From contig JBHGNT010000001.1 in assembly GCA_043228905.1 (NCBI GenBank), forward strand, positions 30,256,001 through 30,320,000: a stretch of DNA of 64,000 nucleotides, written 5' to 3'. Position numbers and translations under genes: made by a program. A model generated the notes under the pieces. The model did not search any database. It worked only from the letters and a program-made list of their open reading frames with translations, and was not told the DNA's origin. Origin of the DNA: Azolla caroliniana. Its lineage: Eukaryota > Plantae > Polypodiophyta. Numbering within the stretch: position 1 is the stretch's first letter; every line of letters starts with the position of its first letter. Positions 10,424 through 22,993 of this stretch are shown one piece after another.

Positions 10424-13415
10424 ATGGTGAACTGGAGCTACATCCGCCATGTCTCGCAGCTCGTCTCTGCTTCCAAAGGAAGCAAGAAGGTCATGTTCGT
10501 CGACACCCTCGCGCTCGTAAGTTAAAAGCTATCTTCCCTACCTCTCTCTCCTTCCTAATCCTCCTTTTTCTTTGTTATTATCCCTTTACTCTTTGCATTC
10601 CGCTTCTTCTTCAAATCCTCCACTCATCCTCTTCTTCTTCTTCTCCTTCTTCGAATCTCATCGTCTGCTTCTTCTCCTTCTTCTTCAAATCCTCCATTTT
10701 ACTATCCTTCTTCATTGTCAAAGCTTCCATCCTCCCCCTTCATCTAATTTCCCATACACGCGTTCTTCTTCTTCGTGGATGTCGGATGTTTACGTTTCTA
10801 TTCTGTTTGGTTATCTCATATCAGGTCCGTAGACTTGAGTCTCAAGGATTGACTCCGAAGCAGGCAGAGGCAGTGACAGCAGCAATCATCGAAGTTCTGA
10901 ATGACAGCATGGACAATGTGTCCCAAACCTTTGTTTCCAAGCCTGATATGCAGAAAGTAAGCATACTTTTCCTTTACTACGTGTGATGATATGGAGAAGG
11001 TAAATATATGAATGTATCCTTTAATGTTCTCGGCTTTTCATGCATAAAAACAAGCTATATGTTCGTCCTTGTACAGAGAAGTCAAAGATATTTACTGCCT
11101 TTATCATGTATGTACAATAGGCATTTAATAATAAAAGAAATATCTATCCTTTCCTTCTGCACACGAGGCTTGAATAATTAAATGCATGTCGTAGCCTTTT
11201 ATCCAATTTGATAGGTAGACGATATTACCTTTATGCTTAGCCTTCTATATAGAAGGTAAACATATGGGATCTTAAAACACTTGCGTACATAGTAAGTCTC
11301 ACCTGCAAATTCTGGAAATCAAGTTGTAAATACTTGTTTTGATAAATATTTGAAATTTATAACTGAAGGTTTTCTTACTTTTAGGCATAACTTTTTATTT
11401 TCAAACACTGGTATGCATAAATGTTGTATTTGATTGTCCAGGACCTATGTGCAGAAGGTAAAGATATGCATATCCTGTATTATTGTAAGTCTGCTATGCA
11501 GGAAGGTAAGGGAAGAAATGTCTTTTCTTTATGAATCCAAGGGGTTTTATTTTCATGCATAAAATTTTAGAAATCTATAGAAAATTCGTATATCTATGTT
11601 GGATGTCATCCATTTACAAATATTCGTGCTTGGAAGCATCAGAAATAATGTGGAACTCTGCCGAATTTATTTATAATCATATGTCAGTTTCCATTCCCTT
11701 TATGAATGTTTCCAATGGGCAAATTGAATAGTTTTGAGTGGAGATTTTAGTGGAAGCAAATATTTCCTTTAGTCAAAGGCTGACTCACTGTCTTGATGCC
11801 ATCAATGTGAGGAGTCATGTGAGCATGTCTCATAAAAATCATTTCCTAAGTCGATCAAATGCCTTCCTAGACTAGTTTGTTGCCAGCATTTTTGTTTACT
11901 ATTGACAAATTTAACATGTACTAATTTTGCAAAAATCTCATTTTATGTCGAGAAAATATTAAACAGTCTGTCCTGACAGTGAATTCTTTTTCTCTGCAGA
12001 ATGAAATGTTGCAGGAAGCGGCTTTGGCAAAGGTTACAGCAGGAATACAAACTACGCAAGTACTCACATACATACACCCACACATTTTTGCTCTCTTGTT
12101 AATATCTGTATCAAAACTATGGCTGTAGTGTTTAAAAAGTTGTTTTTTTCATTAACTGTTTCATGTGCATAAGCACCTTTTCTTGTAACCTACTGTATTG
12201 TGCATCTAAACATTGGTTACAGTATTTATTAATCAAAATCTTAGGCTTTGTCCTGAAGAATTGTGTGTCAAAATCATAACTATTGTATTTAAAAGGCTAG
12301 CCTTCTCTACCAAAAATTGAGTGTATTGTGCATCAAAACTATAAATGTAGTATATAAACTTTAACTTTTACTATTAATGTTGGTATGTGCGGGGGTGCGC
12401 CACCCTGAGGTGGATCATGTGAATTTTGCTACGTCAATTGATAGGAAATATGAGTGATTGGTTTCATTACGCTGTTTTCTTAAATACCTCAGGAATATAA
12501 AACATCTTTATTACAACGTGAGGTTGAAAGAATAAAAACCGATGTTGAGAAAATGCGAAGTGATTTGAGGTGCGTCAAAGGTGTGAGATTGCTCCTTTGC
12601 CTCTAATGCTGTTTTTTAAATTCTTAGAAAGCTGAATGATGGCACCAGGTATGAAATTGACAAGGTTACTGCGGCACAGAGGTTAGATATCAACCTAGAA
12701 AGAGGGTAAGTCTTTGTCTTTAAAACCAGTGTTTTCAGAGAGTTCTCTTTATGGATCTTCCAACTTTCCTTGTCATGCATAGGTAGGAAATTTGGAGATA
12801 ATAACTCAAATTTATAGGAATTTAGCATAAAGATTATATTTTAGTGTTGCAAGTATTTACAAATGGTTAGATCAAAATTTTGCTTGGCATTTTAGTTACC
12901 TTTTCTCAACTACTGTGTACAACTGATTAAGTTTTCTGGTTCTAAATTGTAATATTATGTTTAATTGCTCAGGCGGACAAGAGATGACTTATCAAAGCAA
13001 AGTGCAGAGACTTCGGAGTTAACAAATAAACTTGATCGGGTGAAAATAACATTTGGTAGTTATAAGTTTCATACGATGTTGAGCCTTTCTGGATCTGTAA
13101 CAGGGCCATGTGTGAACAGGAGATCCATGCTTTGAAAACTCAGGTTGAAGCAGCAAAATACGAAGTTATCAAATATGGAATCGGTAAGATGAAAATCAAC
13201 AGGTTTTCTAGTTTTTCTCAGCTGAGAAGTTCATATCACTAACAAAATTATTAATGCTCAACTTGCTGAAATAACTTTTAAATTAAGATAACTAGTTCAC
13301 TTCATAATGTGACTGTACTGTGGTCTAATTGGCTATGCCATAAATCTTGTTATACATAGGTACTATTGTCTCATTAACGGCTCTTGGGCTCGGTTTATTG
13401 CGCATGCTAATGTGA
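10424..13415 (+). CDS. FMP32: DUF1640 coiled-coil protein (FMP32 / CCDC90-MCUR1-like, likely mitochondrial), 8 exons
   Basis: Exons 10424-10516, 10825-10956, 12000-12059, 12493-12569, 12649-12705, 12973-13039, 13120-13183, 13360-13415 splice in frame with GT-AG: ...FVDTLALVRRLESQGLTPKQAEAVT...EKMRSDLRYEIDKVTAAQRLDINLERGR...LTNKLDREIHALKTQVEAAKYEVIKYGIGTIVSLTALGLGLLRMLM*, ending in a C-terminal TM helix. Confidence 0.92.
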
Positions 13416-14575
13416 CATGGTTAGTATATTTGTTTTCAACATCATTCAGGTCATGGAATGCTGTATTTTGTGTGTATATATTCCAACCATGGTTTTATCT
13501 AATCAGAAAGTTATCATATTGATATTAGGAAACAGCAAACACAAACAGGGTGGTTGTTTCTTTTGTCTAGGTAACATGATAATCTGGAAAAGTAAACTTG
13601 CTCACATTGATTTTGGTATGGTGTTATACATTCATTGCTGGTGTATGAGAGGATAGACAGATAAATACAAAAATATTGAACATCTTGGCATGATACTCAT
13701 GAAAGTTCCTTAAATGACTTGGTACATTTTTTCTATCTCTAGTTGTTTCCCCCCCTACTTCAGCACCTATCAGTTCTATTACTATATATCGCAACTCTTC
13801 CATAAACTGGAAATCCAGAATCTTGTATATTTCTATGAGCTGGACTTTTTGTTTTTAGGAGTGCAGAAATTTGATAAGTTTTTTGTACAGACTGAGATAA
13901 AGGATAAAAGAGAGTTCATTCACATTGTTTCAAAAGTTTAGTATCTTTTTCAAACTTCAGTTTTTGTAAGAATAGTGCATACAGTCTTCATTTTTTAGTT
14001 TCGAACTTCATCTAAAAATCAGAGAATTGTTTTTTCTAAACCCATAGTTCATTTCCTATATGCAAGCAAATAAGAGTGGAAGTGCTTCACATCGTTGTGA
14101 TTCTTGCTCGTCGTGTAATGTGAATTATTATTACTTGGTAGTACTATAGAAATTGAGAAGCCTGTGGAAAATGACAAGAAAACAGGAACACCACATCAAT
14201 TTACTCCTATGGCATTCGCTGCTCACAGGGAATCAAAATATAATGGTAGCTGTGCTTCACTGAGCAAAACATCCACACGTTTTGTATGTCATGCTTGTGA
14301 TAACATTGGATGCTTGCGTCCTTTTGAGTGTGTACTACATTGTTGATAGGCCATTTGTAATAAATGTTAGGATTATAAACTCTCTACTGTTTTACATATG
14401 CAAAGAGTGGAGTAACATAGGAATGCAAGAGCTTTATAAAGCTACAATCCATATCAGATGTCCTCTTTCACTAATCTCTCTTGATTGAAGAGAATCAAGA
14501 GAGGGCTTTGCATGTTAGCCATTTGGCATGTCATGTTAGAATCTGAATTCCTTTGAAATGATGTTATAACTCAAA

Positions 14576-14960
14576 TGCATTTTGACTGATTAGGCATGTA
14601 ATATGTTAGACACCCACCCAAATAACCAAAGGGAGTCTATAATTTACCACGGTAAAATACTTTGTTAGTCCATTGCAATGTTGAGATATTTTAGTATGTG
14701 CATTTTGACTTATTGGTTATGCAATATGTCAAACGCCCACCCAAATAACTAGAAGGGAGTCTATACTTTACTGAGGTAAAATACTTTTGCTAGTCCTTCA
14801 TTTGCAATGTTGAGATATGTCAGCGTGTGCATTTTGACTAATTGGGCATGCAATATGCTAGACGGCCACCCAAATAACCAGAAGGGAGTGTACAATTACT
14901 GAGGCAAGACACTTTTGGTAGTCCTTCATTTGCAATGTTGAGATATTTTTGTATGTGCTT
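14576..14960. repeat. ~125-bp tandem repeat, 3 copies, between convergent gene 3' ends
   Basis: tgcattttgact...cacccaaataac...gggagt...ttgcaatgttgagatat units at 14576, 14699 and 14828. Confidence 0.9.
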
Positions 14961-15495
14961 GTCATTGTCAATTATATTAAGTCACAACAGGTAAATTCCT
15001 CGAGTTTTTTTGTTCAACATATAAAATTACTTATCTATGAAGTAATTCATTATTTGTAAGATGTCTTGGCTACCATTCTTACTTACAAAAACCAAATAAG
15101 AGAAAAAAGAGCCAAAGAGACAAGATTCATGCAACTCCTATGTATTCAGTACGAGCTATCTTCATTATCCATGATTTCCATAAAAAATGAGACATAAATG
15201 AAGCCGAATCCTAGATGAACTTGCATGGAGACATTTGGACTGGCTCTTGGAAGGACGCCAAATTGGTAATTCATTGCAATTCAGAAGGAATGACCTAAGT
15301 GTGTCAAATGCAAGAAAATGGCTTGTCCCTACAAGGGTTTACTATTGCCATATAAAGCAATTTGCACTTTTTAAACATACATTTGATTTTAATACCACAA
15401 TTGTAATAGAAAAAAATATTTTCCACGTTGATGTAACAAAATAGTGACCTCTTCATCCAAATAGCTTATTGTTCAATACAATGAAGGAATACAAA

Positions 15496-18400
15496 TCAAG
15501 AAAGAATAAGGGGTGAAACTGTGTCATACAAATTTTTTCCCAGGAGTTCATTGGTAGCCTCAGATGGATGGAAAGCATCCCACCAGATATATTCTCTTCG
15601 GTTGGTGCATGGCTTCACGAAAGGGAAGCAAAGTGATTGTCCATTGTACTTTCCTCCACCACAACAACCCATCGACGCATATTTGAAACCTGCATCGCCA
15701 CAAGCTCTCAACATTAGTGAACAAACGCTAAACCTTACACTTCATACCCTTCTTCTCCTTGCAGTCCAGATAAGTTGGAGGGCAAGACTCAATGATCAAA
15801 ATGGGGGGGGGGGAGGGTTTGGGATCCTATTTATACAACTCATTCACGTTCACACGCTTGAGGCAAGGGGTTCAATGAAAAGGCCTTTCATGGTATAAAC
15901 TTGCCATCCACATGGTCTTTAGGATGTCATTATATGGGAGTGATAAGCCTCAACCCTAAATGATGCTTTTGGGGTCCTACTCATGAGAAGTCTTTAACCC
16001 CGGGAGAGTATGAATACACATTGACCGGGATGCTAGAGGTTCGAGGCTTCACGCAAGGCTTGATAAATTAAAAGCGTGTCTATGTGTAGGGGACCTTATA
16101 AGTAAACAACCCCCCCCTAGGATGGACCTTATAAGTAAGTAGATAAAGAAAGGAGTGGGCTATGAGTCATGAGTAGGGGGACTTACCCTATTAAGTAAGG
16201 TGTCGGTGTAAGAGTTCCAAATGAAGAAGGGAAGAGAGAGAGAGAAGAGTACCGTATTTGGTAGGGTTGCGAACGTAGTTGAGCACAGGATTGAAGCTGT
16301 CTGCATACACAATCTTGGCATCCGTGAATTGGGCATCCACCTCCTGAAGCACAGACTTGAGCCCAGCGTTGAAGTCTTGGATCATGTTGTTCACATAGTC
16401 GCTGCATTCACCGTTCACACTCTTCTGCCGGACTAGCTGTGATGGGATGCACCCCACCGGACCAATCCCAGAAATGACCACCGTCCGAGCTCCCAAGTAG
16501 TAAAGTTGCTGTGGATACAGAACAACAATTTAGGGTTTAGCCCTTTTAGGGCATACATGTTTTACCTTTACACCATACACATGTTCGGATTGATCTCAAC
16601 CTTTGCCCGCCCCATGGATGGTATGCATTATGTTTTCTTCTTCTTCTTCTTTTTCTTTTTGTTGGAGGAAGGAAACGTAAGAGCACATCATTCATTTGGC
16701 AATGGGTAATGAGTCAATTAGGCTGGGAACGCAAATTTAATCAACCGACTAGTAGCTAAAACAAGGGAAATTTTTACATGGTACATTGCATGTGTTTTTT
16801 TTTTTTTGTTGCTTTGTTGGAGGAACATAGAGCACATTCGGCAACGACCAATGAGTGAAATACTCTCGAAACACAAACCAATCGACCCACTAGTAGCCAA
16901 AACTAGCAAAATTTACATGGTATGCATCGTGTTGTTTTTTCCTTATTGTTGGAAGAACATAGAGCACATGATTCATTTGGCAACAACTATCACAAATTAA
17001 TCAACCGACTAGTATAGCTAAAACTAGAAAATTACAGCTAAAACTAGAAAATTACATAAGGGAGACGCTTGCTAAGTAATTGGATAGAAGTTAATACTTG
17101 AGCTGTTGTAATTAGCAAAATATGTCCCATTCCTTAATTGTCACGATAAACTAATAATCTTCGAGACATGAACTTACTTTGACTTGATCTCGTGACTTTT
17201 GGAGCACGATCTCTTTGAATTCGGTGGGTGTGTACTTCCTATCCGGTGAGTAGCTTAGTAAGTAATTGTTCACATAATCATTGCTCCCGAGCACCGTGAT
17301 GACGATGGACTCCGCCAATAGCTTCTTAGCTTCGGCCGGCCCCAACAGCTCATTGTATTGTTGGATCGAGTTGTTGAACCATTGGATCTGCGTGTCGAAA
17401 TCCACTCTCCCGACCTTCCAAGAAAACATCCATGATAAGTATATTTCGACATACATTGGCGCCATGAAATTATATGACACTCATTTATAGTGGGCACTTC
17501 CTATTAAATTATTTATATCGGTTTTTTTCTTTCTTTCTTTTGTATGGTTCTATTCCCCTGACAATGAAAGAGGACCTAACTACTTTGATGAGACATTCAC
17601 AATAGATGGTGCCGAGATCGTATCGTGGATGTTCCATAGTCATGTAAGCATCACATTAACAAGTGTTGGCAAGACTTATAATGAGCTTTTACACTACCTA
17701 AGTGGAGTGAGCATGAACCACTTGACATCTTTCCCTCTGCTTTTTTTGCTATAGCATAAGTTAAGTTAATGTTTTTTGGGAATATAAAAGAGCTCTCACA
17801 AAATTGAACCCCGCATCCCGAAGGTATCCTCCTGCGCCTGATGCAAAGTTGATTCCTTGCAAAATGGCTTTCCCCGTTGTTGCTGGATCGAGGTATGGAG
17901 GAGGGAATGGAAGGTTGAGAAGCTCAGCTACATATATGCACACCACACACAGTGTTAATACTTGTATATGTCAATGACATCTTAAAAACATTATTAACTA
18001 GTAATTACGAAATACTTCACGAGACTAACGAAAGATGGTTCCAAGGAAATAGCCATCCATAAGCAGTTGTCTATAGGAGCTAATGGGACAACCTCTCTAG
18101 CCTAATTGAATTAATTAATGTATGTGGATATATGAGCTCATAAGATTATCTTTTAGCCCAATCCATTTCATTAATGTAATCAATATCTACCCTAATGGAA
18201 CTATCGCTAAAAGCTTAATTGAGTCCATTAACATAAAGTCGATATAAGTGGATGCTTGTAACAAATACAAAAGACAGAGAAAACTGACATCATTAGCAAG
18301 ACCACAAGTCAGAATGATAGAGCCCCACAATATTCAAACCAAACTCATTATGAGTGGACCCTAGAGCTCTCACGATGACGATTACAACTAAACTTTAGTA

Positions 18401-18801
18401 GTGATTATGGACAAATTTTAGCCATCAAATACTCGAGACTGTCTTTTTAAACAATGATTAGGATCACCCACAAGCCATAGTTATTAAGGGCAAGACTTAT
18501 GCATGTAGAGATAATAGAGACCTATGACATCCAAGACGGTCTTGCCATTGCAGAAACGTCCTGTGGGGCCTTTCGGGAAGTCGATACCAAATGGGAGTTT
18601 ATTGGCTTGGGCGATCGAGACAATGTAGTTGTTGTTACCGGCATCCACCAAAGAGTCTCCGAAGATGAAGAAGGCAGGGTAAGGCCTAGAGACATTTGAA
18701 GAGGTAGGCTGATTGATTTGCCCCTTCACTACATTGAAGTGAGCTACCCCCACTAAAATTAGAGCAAAGCATGAGAGCCATATCAACACACTCTTAGACA
18801 T
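15496..18801 (-). CDS. Secreted GDSL esterase/lipase (SGNH hydrolase), 5 exons
   Basis: Exons 18801-18522, 17927-17800, 17414-17178, 16508-16253, 15689-15496. Signal peptide, block I FIFGDSLVDAGNN, PTGRFCNG, block II GINFASGAGG, block III GSNDY, block V WWDAFHPSE. This is the canonical 5-exon plant GELP structure. Confidence 0.95.
16615..17060. repeat. Degenerate ~130-bp tandem repeat (3 copies) in GDSL intron 3
   Basis: catggta.....ttgttgga.gaa...agagcacat...aatc.acc.actagtagc.aaaac recurs three times. Confidence 0.75.
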
Positions 18802-19569
18802 GACAACACTGTAGCTAGTTTTGAAGCCCCCCCCCCCCCTCTCTTATCTGTCTGTCAGTCTGTTAAATTGTCTCTCTCTCTTTCTCTCTCTCTCTCTCTT
18901 TCCCTGCTCCTATGTGAATGAAATCTAAACACCATACATACACCATACAATCAACATTTATATTTATATGTGTGTTTAGATTTCATGCATTTATTAAGCC
19001 TATCTTTCATGAGCTAACATTGTGTCTAAATTATTATTTTCTCATCATCCATCAGAATTATATCAGCGAGATAACGCTTTTCCCCCCCTTCCAACGCTTT
19101 CTTTCCTCCTCCTCCTCCTCCTCCTCCTTCTTCTTTTTACTACGCCATTGGGCAAGTCTATACTTTTTTAGTACATTTTACTTTTGCCAAAGTGTGCATA
19201 TGTATATGATAAAAAAAACTGCTGCTGCTACTGCTACTACCTGCTACTACTACTACTACTACTATTGTTTTTTTCTGGTTTTTCTTCTTCACTTTTCACC
19301 GGAAGGAGAGCCCAAACATATGGTTTTTAGATCTACCCACCAGTCTGAAAAGGCAATACACGGGTATGTACATGAGAGTGACACAAGAAGAAGAAAATGG
19401 AAGAAGAAGACAAAGGTGCCTTAATGTCTTTGGCCTATGACACCAAAACATCTCATAGCTCATTCGTTCGGCTTACATTATCAACAGACCAAATATTCAT
19501 CTCTAGTGGGTAAGACATGTTCAAATGTAAATGTAAATGTAAATGGAGGGTTGGTTTTACGTATCCTTC

Positions 19570-19785
19570 CACACTTACGGAGCTAATGAGCTTGTATCTA
19601 CCTCTTGGCCCTTGGGGTTGGACATCTGTGAATATCACCGGTAGGTTATATACTTATTACAATTCAGGAGCTAATGGGCTTGTAGCTACCTCCTAGCCGT
19701 GGGGACAAAATATATGTGAATATGAATGGTATGATCATGTACAACCTTGCACACTTTAGGAGGTAATGGTTTGCAATCTACTCCA
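19570..19785. repeat. Degenerate ~95-bp tandem repeat (2-3 copies)
   Basis: ggag.taatg.gcttgta.ctacctc...tgtgaatat recurs at ~19580, ~19668 and ~19759. Confidence 0.65.
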
Positions 19786-22470
19786 AGTAACTAGCGCTAA
19801 TAGTAGAAATTTGAATCAATCTAACATAAACAAGGCTTAAGTTGTAATTAACTCTCAATCGATTGCATTTTAATTGCTTTTTTGACATTCTAAAAACTAT
19901 AGTTAGCCCTCTATTTTCTCATTGTAATCAATTGCTTTTTTATCTTCCAAAGTCTATAGTTAGAACTTAGTCCTCTATTTCCTCTTAAAAGACAAGTTAG
20001 CATTTCATTCATTCATTCTATCAAGATGACTTTAGTCTATACTCCAACATGAAAATTAGCCCTCTTCTTTATTCAAATACCTATACAGATAGTCCATCAC
20101 AGTCTGTTACGCAAATGATCTCTTATTAAATTAGCACATACACGAGAGATAACGTGCAAAATTTGTTCATGTTAAGGTGGACCCATAGATGCGCATTTGT
20201 TGAGCTTACCAAAAATAAAAGAGGTACGAGGACCATCCACCTTTTCCTAGCATTTAGTGTGACATAGATTAGGTGCATATCATAATGCTTTCTCATACAT
20301 GAACTCAATGAATATGTTCATGTATCATCGTTGTCTCTTGCTTGGCACATTGTGAAAGTGGGAGGGGGGGGGGAGGAATATTTCCTTTCCAACTTGTGAA
20401 AGATAAGGGGCCAGGGTCGGATAGGTACCAGAAAGGAGATGTTAAACTTAAAACCTTGAGCTACCCAAGAGTAGGGCACCCCATTTCATTTATTTCATCG
20501 TAAATACTCAAAGCTTCTTCTAGGTAAGATCTCCCTCATCATCATCAATTTATTTACATCAAAGTAACTACTCTTCCAACATCTCCCTTTGGGTGGTAAT
20601 TATCACCTATTTCGTCATTTGTAATTGAGCCGTGGTAAGTGTAGGTTTTAACTTCCATTACTTTGTCTTTAAAGTGAGCAACCAAGGCAACATAAAGGTT
20701 CTACTAAGGTGAATTATTTGTATTCAATACTTACCTTCCAACATTACCTTATTTATATACTTGTCTAAAAGGTCGAACTCTAAAAGAAAAGCTTCTGTTG
20801 TTTATCATGTGAATCTCACAACATACAAATTGTTCTTTAAAATAATGATGTCTCCTGACCATCCATCATTTGCCATTGTGAACCTTGTGTGTCGCATAAA
20901 GAGTACATCCACAAGCTAATCCAAAAATGATCTAAAGCATTTTTCACAAGTACAGTTGTGTCACAAAGCAATTGCCGATTTTAACTCTTTGAAGTAAGAA
21001 ATGGTGATCGTTTTGTTAAGTAATGTATACCTTCTTTGGTTAGTCATTTTTGCATGTAAAGTATATTGCACTTTATATTGGGGATATTTTAGCAAGGTGA
21101 AGGTGAGGTGAACTGCATTTGTAGGATGCCCCATAAATAAAAACATTATGAGATATTTACAAAAATGACCCAAAATATTGAGATACACCTTTCCAAACTC
21201 TCAAAGCACCCTTATATTTTGACAAAATTCCCAATGTATCCAATGTTCAGACAAAATTCCTAATGGATCCACCCTTACACAGAGAATTTGTGGGGTATGA
21301 AGCCATAACCATCACATTTCAGCACACAATATTAGTTGATTGCTCCGATCATAATATTGCATACTATTACATCATTAAAAATAGGTTACTAACTAATTGT
21401 CCCTATTTTTATTCAAAGAGCGACAAATGCACTTTGAGGATGAGAAGTAGCTTGTATGAGTTACTTTGATTATTGATTGTGCAAAACAAGTAGAATGCCC
21501 AAAGGATACATTCAAAGAAATATGTATGCGAGAAAGCATAATCAATTGATAAATTCATAATATATACATTGATTCAGTACAAGTCATCCCTTCCTTTTAA
21601 GAGTGAGTCAAATCAATAAATCGTTTCGTGCACGCACCACTATATATTTATTTCTCTCTTACAGTGCATGATATCTTACTAGATCTCTGAGTAAAATGTA
21701 AATCACATATCAAAGCCTTCTCATTTTTTGGTGTGCCTAAGATCCAATGTAATCTATGTTAATGTCTAAATCTCAAATGTATGCAAAGCATTACAACAAA
21801 CTTGAGTATGTCAATAATACAATAGCTCATCATAAGAATCACAAATGAATAAAATAAGATCAACGCTTGATACAAGAGATGTAACATCACTAGAGAATCC
21901 AGTTGGTTCTAGCCTACATTCAGCACGTTTATGCTATTGTTTAACAATGTTTTTTATATGGTAAGCTTAAGATGATTTGCAAAGACAGGCATTGATAGGT
22001 AAATAGGCAGCAAAATGGAACTCTTTTGGTGACAACAAAGACAGGCATTGATTGGGTGTTCGTAATATTTATTTCATTTGGAACAAAAGTCACCCAACAT
22101 CAACAAAAAATGCAAAAGTAATGAGCCAGAGTAGGTGCCATCCAACTGAGACATTTACCATACAAAGTGCCTCACACTAACTACTTAACACATCTCTCCC
22201 TGGTAAGTAAAACAACATTTTAATATCAACTATAAAGCGAATCAAAGAATTGAGTACAATCTAGCTCTACCAATAGTAACAGATATCAAACTAATATACA
22301 AATGTCTTGTTTTATAGTTTTCTGTTAACTATACCTTTAATAGTTGGCTTCTCTTCAACTAGAAAATCTCACATAAAATAATCGCCCAATGTGTGCTTTA
22401 TCATTGACTGTGCTTTATCAACATCTTCAAGAACAGCATACATTGAAGAGCTAAAAGACAACAGGAAAAC

Positions 22471-22993
22471 GAAAGCTTGTAAAAAATACTCAAGCTTCTA
22501 TTTAACTAGCTACAACCAGCCTATCGAGGGCCACACTTCCAGCAAAAGGTTAATGGATCGGATGAATGACCTATTTGCGTACATTTTGTGTCATAATATT
22601 CCTTCCTTTTTTGTCTTGAGTGACCCTTGATTAGCTTTAGGTTCAGACTAGCAAACCATCCTCTAGAATAGCATCTAGAAGCTTTCCTCCGATCAGTACC
22701 AATACGCATCATAGCAGATTTTGCAATCCTGGAAAGCTTGTAAAAAATACTTAAGCTTCTATTTAACTAGCTACAATCAGCCTATCGAGGGCCACACTTC
22801 CAGCGAGAGGTTAACAGATCGAATAAATGACCTATCTGCATACATTTTGTGTCATTATATTCCTTCATTTTTTGTCTCGAGTGACCCTTGATTAGCTTTA
22901 GGTTACAGACTGCCAAACCATCCTCTAGAATAGAGTCTAGAAGCTTTCCTCCAACCGGTACCCGTACGCATCATAGCAGATTTTGCAATCCTG
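22471..22993. repeat. ~261-bp tandem duplication containing the last CDPK exon
   Basis: gaaagcttgtaaaaaatact...gcagattttgcaatcctgg occurs at 22471-22732 and 22732-22993 with scattered substitutions. Confidence 0.92.

Noticed and set aside
11010-11480. U12-type intron signals (gtatcctt, atatcct)
   Set aside because: They lie inside an intron already explained by in-frame GT-AG splicing and are part of the duplicated junction motif. No matching exon boundary.
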